This document shows positions 9,099-18,968 of a stretch of 37,725 nucleotides of DNA, piece by piece. The stretch lies in NCBI GenBank assembly GCA_964003275.1, contig CAXFJI010000001.1, forward strand, positions 1 through 37,725, read 5' to 3'. A model generated the notes under the pieces. It did no database searches. It had not been told where the DNA came from and worked only from the letters and a program-made list of their open reading frames with translations. Each line of letters opens with the position of its first letter. Position 1 is the stretch's first letter. The translations under genes were made by a program, and so were the position numbers. This stretch comes from an uncultured Planctomycetaceae bacterium. GTDB lineage: Bacteria; Planctomycetota; Planctomycetia; Pirellulales; UBA1268.

Positions 9099-10589
9099 AT
9101 GAAGAGTCCATTAAAAATATATTGTTTTTTTGTTGTAAGTGTTTTATCCAATCTATTGATCTTCGGTGTTGGCGGTGTGCAGGCACATCCGCTGACAGAG
9201 AATGGTGATCAGAAAAAGGATCGGAGTTCATCCTCCACGGAGGTGCATTCAGAGACGGATGAAAGATGGGCCACGGCAAACACGTTCGTGGCAAGAACAG
9301 GATCGGTGCGGCCTGGCATTTACCCAGTTAAAAAGACAACACCTCATCACGACGCAGTAGACAATTGGCCTAATTGGAGGGGTCCAACACTCAATGGACA
9401 CGCTCATGGTTCAGGGTATGCAACGTCTTGGAGTCAAACACAGAATGTCATCTGGCATGTTCCGTTACCCGGACTAGGAGCCAGTACACCTGCCGTATGG
9501 GGCAATCACATTGTGATCACGTGTGCTGTTGATGGGCGTAACGTGGCAATCTGTTTTGATTTCAATGGACAAAAAATTTGGGAACGTAAGCTTGGTCCGG
9601 AGCGGCCAGGCAAGCATAAGAAGGCAACCGGCTGTAATTCATCACCAATAACTGATGGGCAACACGTTTGGGTATATTACAAAAGTGGTGAACTTGCGTG
9701 CCTCAATCTTGAAGATGGTGAGGTGATATGGAATACAAATCTGCAGGAGCGGTTTGGGGAAGATACTCTGTGGTGGGACTTGGGCACGTCACCGGTTCTG
9801 ACGAAACAGGCCGTTGTCGTTGCTGTGATGCAGACGGGCCCAAGTTATGTGGTGGCGTTTGAGCGGAAAACCGGTGAACTTCTTTGGAAAGCAGACCGTA
9901 ATCTTGGTGCTCCTGAGGAGGCAGCCCAAAGTTACTCAACACCAATCGTGTTGTCTGGAGACTTAAAACTTGATGAGCCCGATGAATTGATCGTTGTTTT
10001 GGGTGCCGATCATGTAACGGCTCATAATGCATTGAACGGCCAAGAGCTTTGGCGCGTTGGTGGATTCAACCCAAACAATGAAAAGTTCTTTCGTTCGATT
10101 GCATCGCCCGTTGCAGCCAACGATCTTATCATAGCTCCTTATGCACGTGGCAAAACGCTTACAGCAATTCGTCGTGGTGGTCGTGGAGATGTGACCAAGA
10201 CGCATATTGCATGGGAGCGTGATGATCTTGGTGCAGATGTACCAACACCGGCGGTTCGAGGAACTGACGCAGTTGTTTGTACGGACAAGGGTAGGCTGGA
10301 ATGCATTTCAACACTGACTGGTAAGACCATTGCAAAGAAAGATCTTCCTAAAAATCGCAACGCCTATAGTGCATCTCCGATTATTGTTGATCAGAAAGTC
10401 ATTGTCACTCGTGAGGATGGCTCATCATGGATTCTGGCATTCCCTAAGACGCCTGATGAGACAGCACTGTTTACAGATCTTGGTTCTGGGAATATTGAGG
10501 AAATGACTGTTGCAACACCTGTATGCGTTGGGGGAAGGATCCTTGTTCGCACCCATGACGCTTTGTGGTGTATTGGTAAAGCTATCTGA
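9099..10589 (+). CDS. PQQ-like (BamB-like) beta-propeller repeat protein, secreted
   Basis: The signal peptide is MKSPLKIYCFFVVSVLSNLLIFGVGGVQA. It has the WPNWRGP motif and repeated W...G...S.P.V blades, for example IWHVPLPGLGASTPAVWGNHIVIT and LWRVGG. The ORF-track start at 8973 adds a non-native-looking leader. Confidence 0.8.
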   Translation: MKSPLKIYCFFVVSVLSNLLIFGVGGVQAHPLTENGDQKKDRSSSSTEVHSETDERWATANTFVARTGSVRPGIYPVKKTTPHHDAVDNWPNWRGPTLNGHAHGSGYATSWSQTQNVIWHVPLPGLGASTPAVWGNHIVITCAVDGRNVAICFDFNGQKIWERKLGPERPGKHKKATGCNSSPITDGQHVWVYYKSGELACLNLEDGEVIWNTNLQERFGEDTLWWDLGTSPVLTKQAVVVAVMQTGPSYVVAFERKTGELLWKADRNLGAPEEAAQSYSTPIVLSGDLKLDEPDELIVVLGADHVTAHNALNGQELWRVGGFNPNNEKFFRSIASPVAANDLIIAPYARGKTLTAIRRGGRGDVTKTHIAWERDDLGADVPTPAVRGTDAVVCTDKGRLECISTLTGKTIAKKDLPKNRNAYSASPIIVDQKVIVTREDGSSWILAFPKTPDETALFTDLGSGNIEEMTVATPVCVGGRILVRTHDALWCIGKAI

Positions 10590-10620
10590 TACACAATGAA
10601 GAAAACGGAGGCTCAATTCT

Positions 10621-11763
10621 ATGCGGATAAATCTTTTTTTATTGTGGGTATATCTAGCTGTTCTTGCAATGGATCTGCAATCACTTGAGGGTGCACAGCC
10701 ATCGAAGCCAGCACGTTTTTTAGTGGTCACCGTTACCACTGGTTTTCGACATGGCTCTATCGAATCAGCTGAGCCGGTCCTTGAAAAAATTGGACGTGAA
10801 AGTGGACTGTTTCATCCTATATTTTTGCGTCTCCCTCCAGACCGTCCATCACGGCCGCGAGCACCAAAACGCAAGCCCGCGACCACGGATGAAGAGTGGT
10901 CGAAACAGCAAGAAGACTATAACGATGCAAAAAAAGCTTTTCAGCTGCAGGATGCTCCGTGGCAGCAAACACTGAAGGATCAATTTGCGACAGCCTTTCA
11001 AAAATCAACATTAGACGATTTTGATGGCGTCATGTTTGTTAATACTACTGGTAATCTTCCTATCCCAGATCTCCAGGGTTTTCTTAAATGGCTACAGTCT
11101 GGGAAGTCTTTTGTTGGTATGCATGCTGCGACTGATACGCTGAAGTCTTCCGATGCGTATGTTGAAATGATAGGTGGGAGTTTTGCTGGACACCCATGGG
11201 GTGGAGGCGGAGAACATGGTTTTGTGAATCATGAGATAGATCACCCTGTTGTCGAAATGTTTCCAGAGCGTTTTCGCTGGAAAGATGAAATTTATCAGTA
11301 TGATGATCGCTTTAATCCTTCAGATCTCCGAGTGTTACTGTCCATAGACATGGCAGCAAGTTCGCCACAAGAGCCGTGGCATGTTCCGGTGTCATGGATT
11401 CGTACCTACGGACAAGGTCGAGTCTTCTACACCAATCTTGGGCACAATCCAGATACGTGGGAAAATGATGTTTTTCAGTCGCACATCCACTCTGGTATTC
11501 GCTGGTCTCTTGGCCAGATTGATGCTCCCAGTGAACCAAATCCAACGATTCAGTCAAACGAATATGTGCGGAGTGTCCTTCCAGCTGCTGCCATCGCTCT
11601 TGGTGACAATCATGATGCGTTACGAGCTCAGGCAGATGAAAAGATGAGAAACGAACCAAATTGGTCAACAACTCTTCGACCATCACTCTTGAAAATTCGT
11701 TCTATGAATTTGGATAAACGAAAACCTGCCTATCAAGCATTTATTGACACATTGAGAGAATGA
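10621..11763 (+). CDS. ThuA-like (trehalose utilisation, class I glutamine amidotransferase-like) domain protein, secreted
   Basis: Motifs: TGFRHGSIE, FVGMHAATDT, HPWG, WKDEIYQY, PVSWIRTYGQGRVFYTNLGH. There is an N-terminal signal, GGAGG upstream, and a Pro/Arg/Lys-rich insertion (PPDRPSRPRAPKRKPATTDEE). Confidence 0.8.
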   Translation: MRINLFLLWVYLAVLAMDLQSLEGAQPSKPARFLVVTVTTGFRHGSIESAEPVLEKIGRESGLFHPIFLRLPPDRPSRPRAPKRKPATTDEEWSKQQEDYNDAKKAFQLQDAPWQQTLKDQFATAFQKSTLDDFDGVMFVNTTGNLPIPDLQGFLKWLQSGKSFVGMHAATDTLKSSDAYVEMIGGSFAGHPWGGGGEHGFVNHEIDHPVVEMFPERFRWKDEIYQYDDRFNPSDLRVLLSIDMAASSPQEPWHVPVSWIRTYGQGRVFYTNLGHNPDTWENDVFQSHIHSGIRWSLGQIDAPSEPNPTIQSNEYVRSVLPAAAIALGDNHDALRAQADEKMRNEPNWSTTLRPSLLKIRSMNLDKRKPAYQAFIDTLRE

Positions 11764-11852
11764 TCAAGGGTATTTCTTCTACCTCAAGACGATTGCCCAT
11801 ATGATCTGCTGCGACCCTTAGTCGAATTCGACGAAAAGAAAAGGAAGAGAAA

Positions 11853-14800
11853 ATGACTTTGATGCAGTGCGTAAGAAGCCTGTGGTTTGTTGTTGTCGCG
11901 TGTTGGATATCTTCTTCCCATGCTACGCAGGCAGTCACGCCACCCAACGTCATTGTTATTTTAGCTGATGATATGGGTTTTTCGGATGCCGGGTGCTATG
12001 GCGGAGAAATAGACACTCCCAATCTTGATCGTTTGGCGCATAACGGCCTCAGATTTACGCAGGGCTACAACACCGCCAGATGTTGGCCAACGCGGGGAGC
12101 GATTTTGACTGGCTACTATGCACAGTCAATCCGCCGTGATTCATCGCCGGGTATTAATGGTGGAGGGCGAGGAAAACGACCTGCATGGGCGAAGCTGCTT
12201 CCAGAACGACTGGTATCTGCTGGCTATCGCTCATATCACTCTGGAAAATGGCATATTGATGGCGATCCGCGGCAACAAGGATTTCAGCATTCCTTGCAGA
12301 TTGAAGGAGGTCAGAATGATTTTTTTGATCCAAAAGGTATATCGGTTGATGGCGAGCCCATTGGAGAAACGAAAGATTTTTATGTGACCACTGAAGTCGG
12401 TGCACATGCTGTCGAATGTCTTCGACAGCATGCTCTCAATCATGCCGATCAACCATTCTTTAGTTACGTGGCTTTCACATCTCCACATTTTCCTCTTCAT
12501 GCTCCTCAGGATGTGATCGCCAAGTACAAAGATCGTTATCTCGCAGGATGGGACGTCTTGAGGCAGGCAAGGTATCAGCGACTTGTTGAGCGTGGAATGA
12601 TTCAGGCGGACTTATCGGCACTGGAACCAGATGTCGGACCCCCATATGACTTCCCTGAAGCTATCAAGCAATTGGGTGCAGGTGAGGTGAATCGACCATT
12701 GCCATGGAAAAAGCTTTCTTCAAGACAAAAAGATTTTCAGGCTACAAAAATGGCTATCCATGCAGCAATGATTGAGATGATGGATCGTGCAATTGGGAAT
12801 ATCGTCTCCCAGCTTGAGGTGATGGGTGCGATGGAAAATACCCTCATTCTTGCACTGAGTGATAATGGCGCCTCGGCGGAAATTATGGTTCGTGGTAAGG
12901 GGCATGATTCTGCACTGCCTCCTGGGTCACAAGGTACCTATCTCTGTCTTGGTCCAGGCTTTTCAAGTTGTGCGAACACCCCATTCCGTCGTCATAAGAC
13001 GTGGGTTCACGAAGGAGGTATTGCAACGAGCTGGATCGCACACTGGCCAGGTGGGATTTCGTCAAAGAGTGCTCTGCGGACGCAGCCCGTTCATGTTATT
13101 GATATTGCTCCAACAGTTCTTGAACTTGCTGGTGTTCAGGACATCAGCTCAGTCGGTGATGGGAACGTGCCGCATCCAATGCAAGGAAAGAGCTTTGCCC
13201 AATGCCTCACAAATCCTGTTGCCACACCTCCACACGAGAGTCTGTGGTGGTGCCATGGTGGACATCGAGCAGTTCGCCATGGAGATTGGAAACTTGTGGC
13301 TGCAAAGGATGAGCCATGGGAATTGTATGACCTTTCCCACGATCGCACCGAAACCCACGATCTTGCTGCTGTGCATCCACATACCGTCGCCACGCTTGAG
13401 CAAAAATGGAATGCCATTAATAACGAATGCATGCAGTTAGCTGCGAGTGACGGACAACTCTCACAGGCTGCCAAGAAAAGACCAGCAAAGCGAAAGAAGG
13501 ATTCAGGAAAGGGCAGTTTGGACACTCGTGCGGGTCGTGCTGTCACCGACCAGAAACAGACCAATGTCGTCATCATATTCGCGGACGATATGGGGTACGG
13601 TGACCCAGCCTGTTTTGGTGGAACATATGCAGCCACGCCTCATATCGATCGGTTGGCTCGTGAGGGAATCCGTATGACGGATTTCCATGTTGCTCAGCCT
13701 GTGTGCTCTGCTTCACGGGCAGCACTTCTCACCGGCTGCTATCCAAACCGTCTTGGAATTCACGGTGCACTTGGTCCAAAAAGCTTACATGGTTTAGCAG
13801 CTTCCGAAACAACGTTGGCAGAACTTCTCAAGGAGCGTGGATATCGAACAGGAATCGTCGGCAAATGGCATCTTGGCCATCATGCACAATTCCTTCCAAT
13901 ACATCATGGCTTTGACGAGTATTTTGGTTTGCCATACTCAAATGATATGTGGCCACACCACCCACAGGCTAAGCCAGGAACCTATCCACCATTACCATTG
14001 GTAGAAAATGATAAAATCATCGACGCTGAAGTAACCCCTGCAGATCAGGAGACACTCACTCAGCGGTACACCGAGAGGGCCGTAAAGTTTATTGAGAAAG
14101 CAGGAAATGCTGCCAACGGACAACCTTTTTTTCTTTACCTGGCACATTCGATGCCGCATGTGCCACTCTTTGCCAGTCAGGATTTTCAAGGAAAAAATCC
14201 TGGCGGATTGTATGGCGATGTGATATCCGAAATCGATGCATCTGTTGGCGCTGTGATGGAGGCCCTTGAAAAAACAGGGCATATCAATGACACGCTCATT
14301 CTCTTTACGAGCGACAATGGTCCATGGCTTTCATATGGAAATCATGCCGGGACAGCAGGTTTGCTTCGGGAAGGTAAAGGCACAACATTTGAAGGAGGTG
14401 TACGCGTGCCTTTTGTTGCACGACTGCCAGGTCGTATTCCTGCAGGCACGGTGAGTGATGAGCCACTCATGACAATCGATATCCTACCATCAATTGCACG
14501 GCTAACAGGAAAACCACTTGCGGAAGATAAGACAGGCTCTTGTAGACTTCACGGGAAACGAATCGATGGACATGATCGTTTAGACATTCTTTTTGGTAAG
14601 AACCGTCGAGCTTCAGATTCTGATGTCTATCTATTTTATTACAAAGTTAATGAACTCCAGGCAGTCCGAGAGGGTCAATGGAAATTGTTTTTCCCACATG
14701 GCTATCGAACGATGAAGGGACAGGTTGTAGGCAAGGATGGAATTCCTGGTCGATACACCCAAGAAAAAATCAAAAAGGTCCTTTTTGACCTGAAAAAAGA

Positions 14801-14969
14801 TCCGGGTGAAACTCAGGATATATCAAAAGACCATCCGGATATCGTAAAGCGTCTTGAACAGATAGCTCAACAAGCACGGACTGATCTTGGCGATAAACTC
14901 AAAGACCAAAAAGGAAATGGTCTGCGAGAGCCAGATCGGCTTTCGCTTCAGTCGTCGAGTGCAAAGTAA
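11853..14969 (+). CDS. Tandem fusion of two complete formylglycine-type (S1) sulfatase domains in one 1038-aa ORF
   Basis: Domain 1 reads NVIVILADDMGFSD...ARCWPTRGAILTG (Cys codon 12081-12083) and GKWHI. Domain 2 reads NVVIIFADDMGYGD...PVCSASRAALLTG and GKWHLG. The linker is Lys-rich: AAKKRPAKRKKDSGKGS (about 13431-13560). There is only one N-terminal signal peptide. Confidence 0.9.
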   Translation: MTLMQCVRSLWFVVVACWISSSHATQAVTPPNVIVILADDMGFSDAGCYGGEIDTPNLDRLAHNGLRFTQGYNTARCWPTRGAILTGYYAQSIRRDSSPGINGGGRGKRPAWAKLLPERLVSAGYRSYHSGKWHIDGDPRQQGFQHSLQIEGGQNDFFDPKGISVDGEPIGETKDFYVTTEVGAHAVECLRQHALNHADQPFFSYVAFTSPHFPLHAPQDVIAKYKDRYLAGWDVLRQARYQRLVERGMIQADLSALEPDVGPPYDFPEAIKQLGAGEVNRPLPWKKLSSRQKDFQATKMAIHAAMIEMMDRAIGNIVSQLEVMGAMENTLILALSDNGASAEIMVRGKGHDSALPPGSQGTYLCLGPGFSSCANTPFRRHKTWVHEGGIATSWIAHWPGGISSKSALRTQPVHVIDIAPTVLELAGVQDISSVGDGNVPHPMQGKSFAQCLTNPVATPPHESLWWCHGGHRAVRHGDWKLVAAKDEPWELYDLSHDRTETHDLAAVHPHTVATLEQKWNAINNECMQLAASDGQLSQAAKKRPAKRKKDSGKGSLDTRAGRAVTDQKQTNVVIIFADDMGYGDPACFGGTYAATPHIDRLAREGIRMTDFHVAQPVCSASRAALLTGCYPNRLGIHGALGPKSLHGLAASETTLAELLKERGYRTGIVGKWHLGHHAQFLPIHHGFDEYFGLPYSNDMWPHHPQAKPGTYPPLPLVENDKIIDAEVTPADQETLTQRYTERAVKFIEKAGNAANGQPFFLYLAHSMPHVPLFASQDFQGKNPGGLYGDVISEIDASVGAVMEALEKTGHINDTLILFTSDNGPWLSYGNHAGTAGLLREGKGTTFEGGVRVPFVARLPGRIPAGTVSDEPLMTIDILPSIARLTGKPLAEDKTGSCRLHGKRIDGHDRLDILFGKNRRASDSDVYLFYYKVNELQAVREGQWKLFFPHGYRTMKGQVVGKDGIPGRYTQEKIKKVLFDLKKDPGETQDISKDHPDIVKRLEQIAQQARTDLGDKLKDQKGNGLREPDRLSLQSSSAK

Positions 14970-15223
14970 AAAATCTTTTTATTCAACAAGCTAGTAGTAG
15001 TCACCCTCGTTGATCATGAGGACACACGATGCCATACACATATTATAAATCCATACAGACGCTTGGAAGTAGAAAAGAGTTCTTGAAATGTCTCTTGCAC
15101 CGGTGATCAAAACCAAATCTGATGGTAGGTATGTATGACGTGACGAATGGTTGTCATATGCGTACACGAGGCAAAAGAGTTTCGGGTAGACAGTCGTTTT
15201 TGTGGTGCTCAGAAAGGAAACAC

Positions 15224-16642
15224 ATGATGAACCAGTGGTGTGTCAGGATAGCTGCAATCGCTCTTGTGATTGGAGGAATGTGTGGATATGAGCGAATGGT
15301 TCATGCAGCACACCCCAAAAATATCCTTTTTATTGCGATTGATGACCTGAATCATTGGGTTGGTCATCTTGGTCGACACCCTCAGGCGAAAACACCCAAT
15401 ATTGATCGATTGGCTGCATCCGGTGTGACATTTACGAATGCATACTGTACAGCCCCAGCATGCAATCCTTCTCGTGCATCGCTTCTATCGGGGATGCGTC
15501 CAAGTACAACAGGATGTTACCTCAATCCACATAACTGGCATGTCGGTATTTCAGAAGACAAGTTATTGAATTCGTGCCTCGGGAAACACGGGTATCGTGT
15601 CTATGGTGCTGGCAAAATCTATCACGGTCAAGAACGTGGAGGATTCTGGGATGAGTACTTTGATGGGCGCATTGCTTCTCCAGCACGGCATCCAGAGGCA
15701 AAAAATGATGGAGTAGGAGGCATTCGATTTTATCCACTTGATGGTCGTGATGAAGATATGCCAGATCATCAGGTGGTGAATTGGTGTATTGAAAAGCTTC
15801 AACAGAAAAGGCAGCAGCCATTTTTTATTGCATGCGGTCTTGTGAAGCCTCATATGCCTTTCAGCGTGCCAAAAAAGTGGTTTGACTTGTTTCCACTTGA
15901 ATCCATTCAACTTCCGCCGTGGAAATCTGATGATCTAGATGATATTCCAAACGCTGGGCTCAAGATGGCTAAAGCGAATGGTGACCATGCAGATATCCTC
16001 AAAAGTGGTCGTTGGAAGGAGGCTGTGCAGGCGTATTTAGCGACATGTGCTTTTTGTGATTATCAAGTCGGCCGCATGCTCGAGGGTCTCGAACAATCAG
16101 GACAGAGAGATGATACACTTGTTGTCCTCTGGTCCGATCATGGGTGGAGCCTCGGTGAGAAGTCACATTGGCGAAAGTTTGCTCTTTGGGAAGAACCAAC
16201 GCGGACGGTATTGGTCTGGCGCGTGCCGGGCCTTACATCTGCCGGAACTGTTTGTAAACGTCCTGTGGACTACCTCTCAATCTATCCAACCATCCTTGAT
16301 CTTGTTGATATACCCTTTCCAGCTCATCTCGAAGGACAAAGCCTGAAACCTCTATTAAGTAACGTCGATGCAGCATGGGATGCATCAGCTATAACGACAC
16401 ATGGTCGTGGACATCATGCGATTCGCACAGAACGTTGGCGGTATATACGCTACGCAAATGGAGGAGAAGAACTTTACGATGAACAGAACGATCCACTGGA
16501 ATATGAAAATCTTGCAGATCGTCCAGAATATGTGAACATCAAAACAAGCCTTCAGCAACAACTTCCCAAAGATGAAGCAATCCCACTGCCTGAACGTGTG
16601 AATCAAAAAACAAGAAAACAACAAAAACAGAAACAACCCTAG
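15224..16642 (+). CDS. Sulfatase (iduronate-2-sulfatase-like S1 family)
   Basis: Motifs: NILFIAIDDLNHW...APACNPSRASLLSG (CxPxR) and LWSDHGWSLGEK. AAAGGAAA lies upstream of the ATG at 15224, followed by a signal-like stretch MMNQWCVRIAAIALVIGG. The C-terminal tail is poly-Gln/Lys. Confidence 0.9.
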   Translation: MMNQWCVRIAAIALVIGGMCGYERMVHAAHPKNILFIAIDDLNHWVGHLGRHPQAKTPNIDRLAASGVTFTNAYCTAPACNPSRASLLSGMRPSTTGCYLNPHNWHVGISEDKLLNSCLGKHGYRVYGAGKIYHGQERGGFWDEYFDGRIASPARHPEAKNDGVGGIRFYPLDGRDEDMPDHQVVNWCIEKLQQKRQQPFFIACGLVKPHMPFSVPKKWFDLFPLESIQLPPWKSDDLDDIPNAGLKMAKANGDHADILKSGRWKEAVQAYLATCAFCDYQVGRMLEGLEQSGQRDDTLVVLWSDHGWSLGEKSHWRKFALWEEPTRTVLVWRVPGLTSAGTVCKRPVDYLSIYPTILDLVDIPFPAHLEGQSLKPLLSNVDAAWDASAITTHGRGHHAIRTERWRYIRYANGGEELYDEQNDPLEYENLADRPEYVNIKTSLQQQLPKDEAIPLPERVNQKTRKQQKQKQP

Positions 16643-16992
16643 CAACTTGTGTGTCTAGAGAGAATGATTGTATTTGAGGTTGTATGCGATGCAGGATAAA
16701 AACACAGTAGGTATTGTCACAAGCAACGATGCGGATGACTCATTGATCAGCATGTGTTCGCGGTCAAGGCGTTCTGTCAGATCGATCCTCCTGTTGTATG
16801 ATTTTTGATTGAGATATGCTCTTGTATCTTGGGGGAATAGCGTGAGGAGTGAAAATATTGTCGGAGCGTGGAAGGGCCAAAACTCTAACCCTGCGGCATA
16901 CGTTTGCTCCTTCTGAAGCAAAGTTCATTTTTTCGTAATAAACAATAGTGTGTCAGTGATTGCTTTTTGAACTGATAAATGGAGTGTGCGGC

Positions 16993-18558
16993 ATGTCATA
17001 CGACAATAAGAATAGTTTTTTCTATCCGCCGAAGGTCATTGGACTCTTTTTGACCTTCGGATTCTTGATGGTCGCAGCAACCCTGCATGGCTCAGCACGT
17101 GCTTCAACAAAGCGACCAAATATTCTCTTTATCATTGTTGATGATCAATCACCATTTGACTTTCATTTTTATAATCCGAAGTCGACACTCGTAACACCAG
17201 TCATTAACCGACTCGCAAACGAGGGAATGGTTTTTGATGCGGCGTATCACATGGGTTCCTTTTCCGGAGCAGTCTGTACGCCAAGTCGACATATGGTGAT
17301 GTGTGGGCGAACGGTGTGGCATTTACCGATAGGTCCAAAACAATCAAAAATCGAAAAAGCTGACACGGTTCAAACAGATACTTTCCGGAGGATATGTCCA
17401 CCTGATATTGCTCAGCATACGCTTCCATCGGTCTTCAATCGGGCAGGCTATGACACGATGCGTACATGTAAGCGAGGGAATAGTTATCGTGATGCAAACG
17501 CTCTATTTACGGTCTGCCAAGATGCCACAAAGCGTGGCGGAACAGATGACACCGGGAGCGCGTGGCATGCAGAGCAAGTGCTACAGTTTCTTGAAACCAG
17601 GCAAAACACACGGGATACAGATCCATTTATGATTTATTTTGGTTTTTCTCATCCGCACGACACACGAGATGGCACACCAGAATATCTTTCACACTACGGC
17701 GCAACGAATCACCGTGAGAAGCATGCGATTCCAGAAAAAAATAAAAAACATCCCCCACTCCCACCGAATTGGTTACCCATGCATCCATTCGATCATGGAC
17801 ACATGGACGTTCGGGATGAGGTGAGTGTGAGTGGCGTATGGAAAAACCGTGACGAACAAACCATTCGTAATGAAATTGGGAGAGAATTCGCATGCAGCGA
17901 AAACATTGATGCACAAATTGGACGTGTACTTGACAGGCTCTCGGAGATGGGCGAACTCGAGAACACCTGGATTTTTTATACGGCTGACCACGGGATGGCG
18001 ATCGGTCGTCATGGCCTGCAGGGCAAGCAAAATCTGTATGAGCATACGTGGCGTGTGCCGCTGATTGTAAAAGGTCCTGGTGTTATTCCAGGTAGTCGTG
18101 CCATAGGGAATACATATCTTACTGATACGTTGGCCACACTCTGTGATATCTGCGGTATTCAGTCTCCTTCTTCAAACGAAGGCAAAAGTTTTTTGCCTGT
18201 TCTCCAAGGGCACCAGAAGGTCATACGCGATGTATTGTATGGCGTGTATTGTGGTGGCCAAAAACCTGGAATGCGAAGTGTACGAAAGGGGGATTGGAAG
18301 TTGATCAAGTACGAATCACCCTCTGGAGGATTGCATACACAGTTATTCAATCTTAAGGATAACCCTCATGAGTTTATTGATGATCACCATATTGCATCCG
18401 TGAGCCAGGTACTTCCTGGAGTGCCACAGCCATCTCAAAAAAACTTGGCAGATGATGGTTTGTATGCCGACAGGCGAGAGGACATGGAGGCATTACTTCT
18501 CAGTGAAATGGAGAGGCTCCATGATCCCTATCGGTTTTCTGACCAGATAAAAGAATAA
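16993..18558 (+). CDS. Sulfatase (S1 family)
   Basis: Motifs: NILFIIVDDQSP...GAVCTPSRHMVMCG (CxPxR) and YTADHGMAIGRHG. The signal/anchor is VIGLFLTFGFLMVAATLHG. GGAG lies 8 nt before the ATG at 16993. Confidence 0.9.
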   Translation: MSYDNKNSFFYPPKVIGLFLTFGFLMVAATLHGSARASTKRPNILFIIVDDQSPFDFHFYNPKSTLVTPVINRLANEGMVFDAAYHMGSFSGAVCTPSRHMVMCGRTVWHLPIGPKQSKIEKADTVQTDTFRRICPPDIAQHTLPSVFNRAGYDTMRTCKRGNSYRDANALFTVCQDATKRGGTDDTGSAWHAEQVLQFLETRQNTRDTDPFMIYFGFSHPHDTRDGTPEYLSHYGATNHREKHAIPEKNKKHPPLPPNWLPMHPFDHGHMDVRDEVSVSGVWKNRDEQTIRNEIGREFACSENIDAQIGRVLDRLSEMGELENTWIFYTADHGMAIGRHGLQGKQNLYEHTWRVPLIVKGPGVIPGSRAIGNTYLTDTLATLCDICGIQSPSSNEGKSFLPVLQGHQKVIRDVLYGVYCGGQKPGMRSVRKGDWKLIKYESPSGGLHTQLFNLKDNPHEFIDDHHIASVSQVLPGVPQPSQKNLADDGLYADRREDMEALLLSEMERLHDPYRFSDQIKE

Positions 18559-18727
18559 TGTGTTGAGTACTGTTATTTCGAGATAAAAAGGCGTTTGGCT
18601 CCGGCTCAATAGAAACTCGATTTATTTGGTGGATAGTACATGGAGTCAGAAACAAGTTCACATCATTTCTTATGCATGAGCTTGGTTGGGCTGCTACAAT
18701 CTTCCACGGTCACGGGAGATATAACAG

Positions 18728-18955
18728 ATGTCTGAGAATAACGATGGTACAAAGAGTCGGTTAGGGTTGTCACTCTTCATTGTATATGTGCTCATGTATG
18801 GTGGGTTCATGGGGCTTGTTCTTGGTCGCCCTGACTTATTGTCATGGCGTCCATTTGGAGGAGTGAATTTAGCAATTGCTTCGGGCATGGGTCTCATAGC
18901 AGCAGCCTGTGTACTGGCTTTCGTTTACATGGTGGCACGAGCGACCAAGTCATAG
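18728..18955 (+). CDS. DUF485 (YjcH-like) small inner-membrane protein
   Basis: 75 aa with two TM helices, sitting immediately upstream of an ActP-type symporter as in the yjcH-actP arrangement. GGGAGA lies upstream of the ATG. Confidence 0.8.
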   Translation: MSENNDGTKSRLGLSLFIVYVLMYGGFMGLVLGRPDLLSWRPFGGVNLAIASGMGLIAAACVLAFVYMVARATKS

Positions 18956-18968
18956 GAATACGCATAAC

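Noticed and set aside
11821-11832. Perfect 12-bp palindrome GTCGAATTCGAC 20 nt upstream of the fused sulfatase start
   Set aside because: About one six-pair palindrome is expected by chance across the several kilobases of intergenic sequence in the window. I saw no second copy.
12859-13636. 193-aa (+) and 166-aa (-) ORFs within the fused sulfatase gene
   Set aside because: They are out of frame or antisense relative to an ORF with clear sulfatase motifs on both sides, and they have no motifs of their own.
16655-16921. 88-aa minus-strand ORF in the 350-nt gap upstream of the last sulfatase
   Set aside because: It has no SD and no recognisable family, and it runs against the local gene direction. 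It is probably a chance ORF in a moderately AT-rich spacer.
18640-18735. 31-codon uORF ending in an ATGTCTGA overlap with the DUF485 start codon
   Set aside because: It has only a weak GGTGGA SD-like element and no conservation evidence. Short ORFs of this size are expected by chance in leaders.
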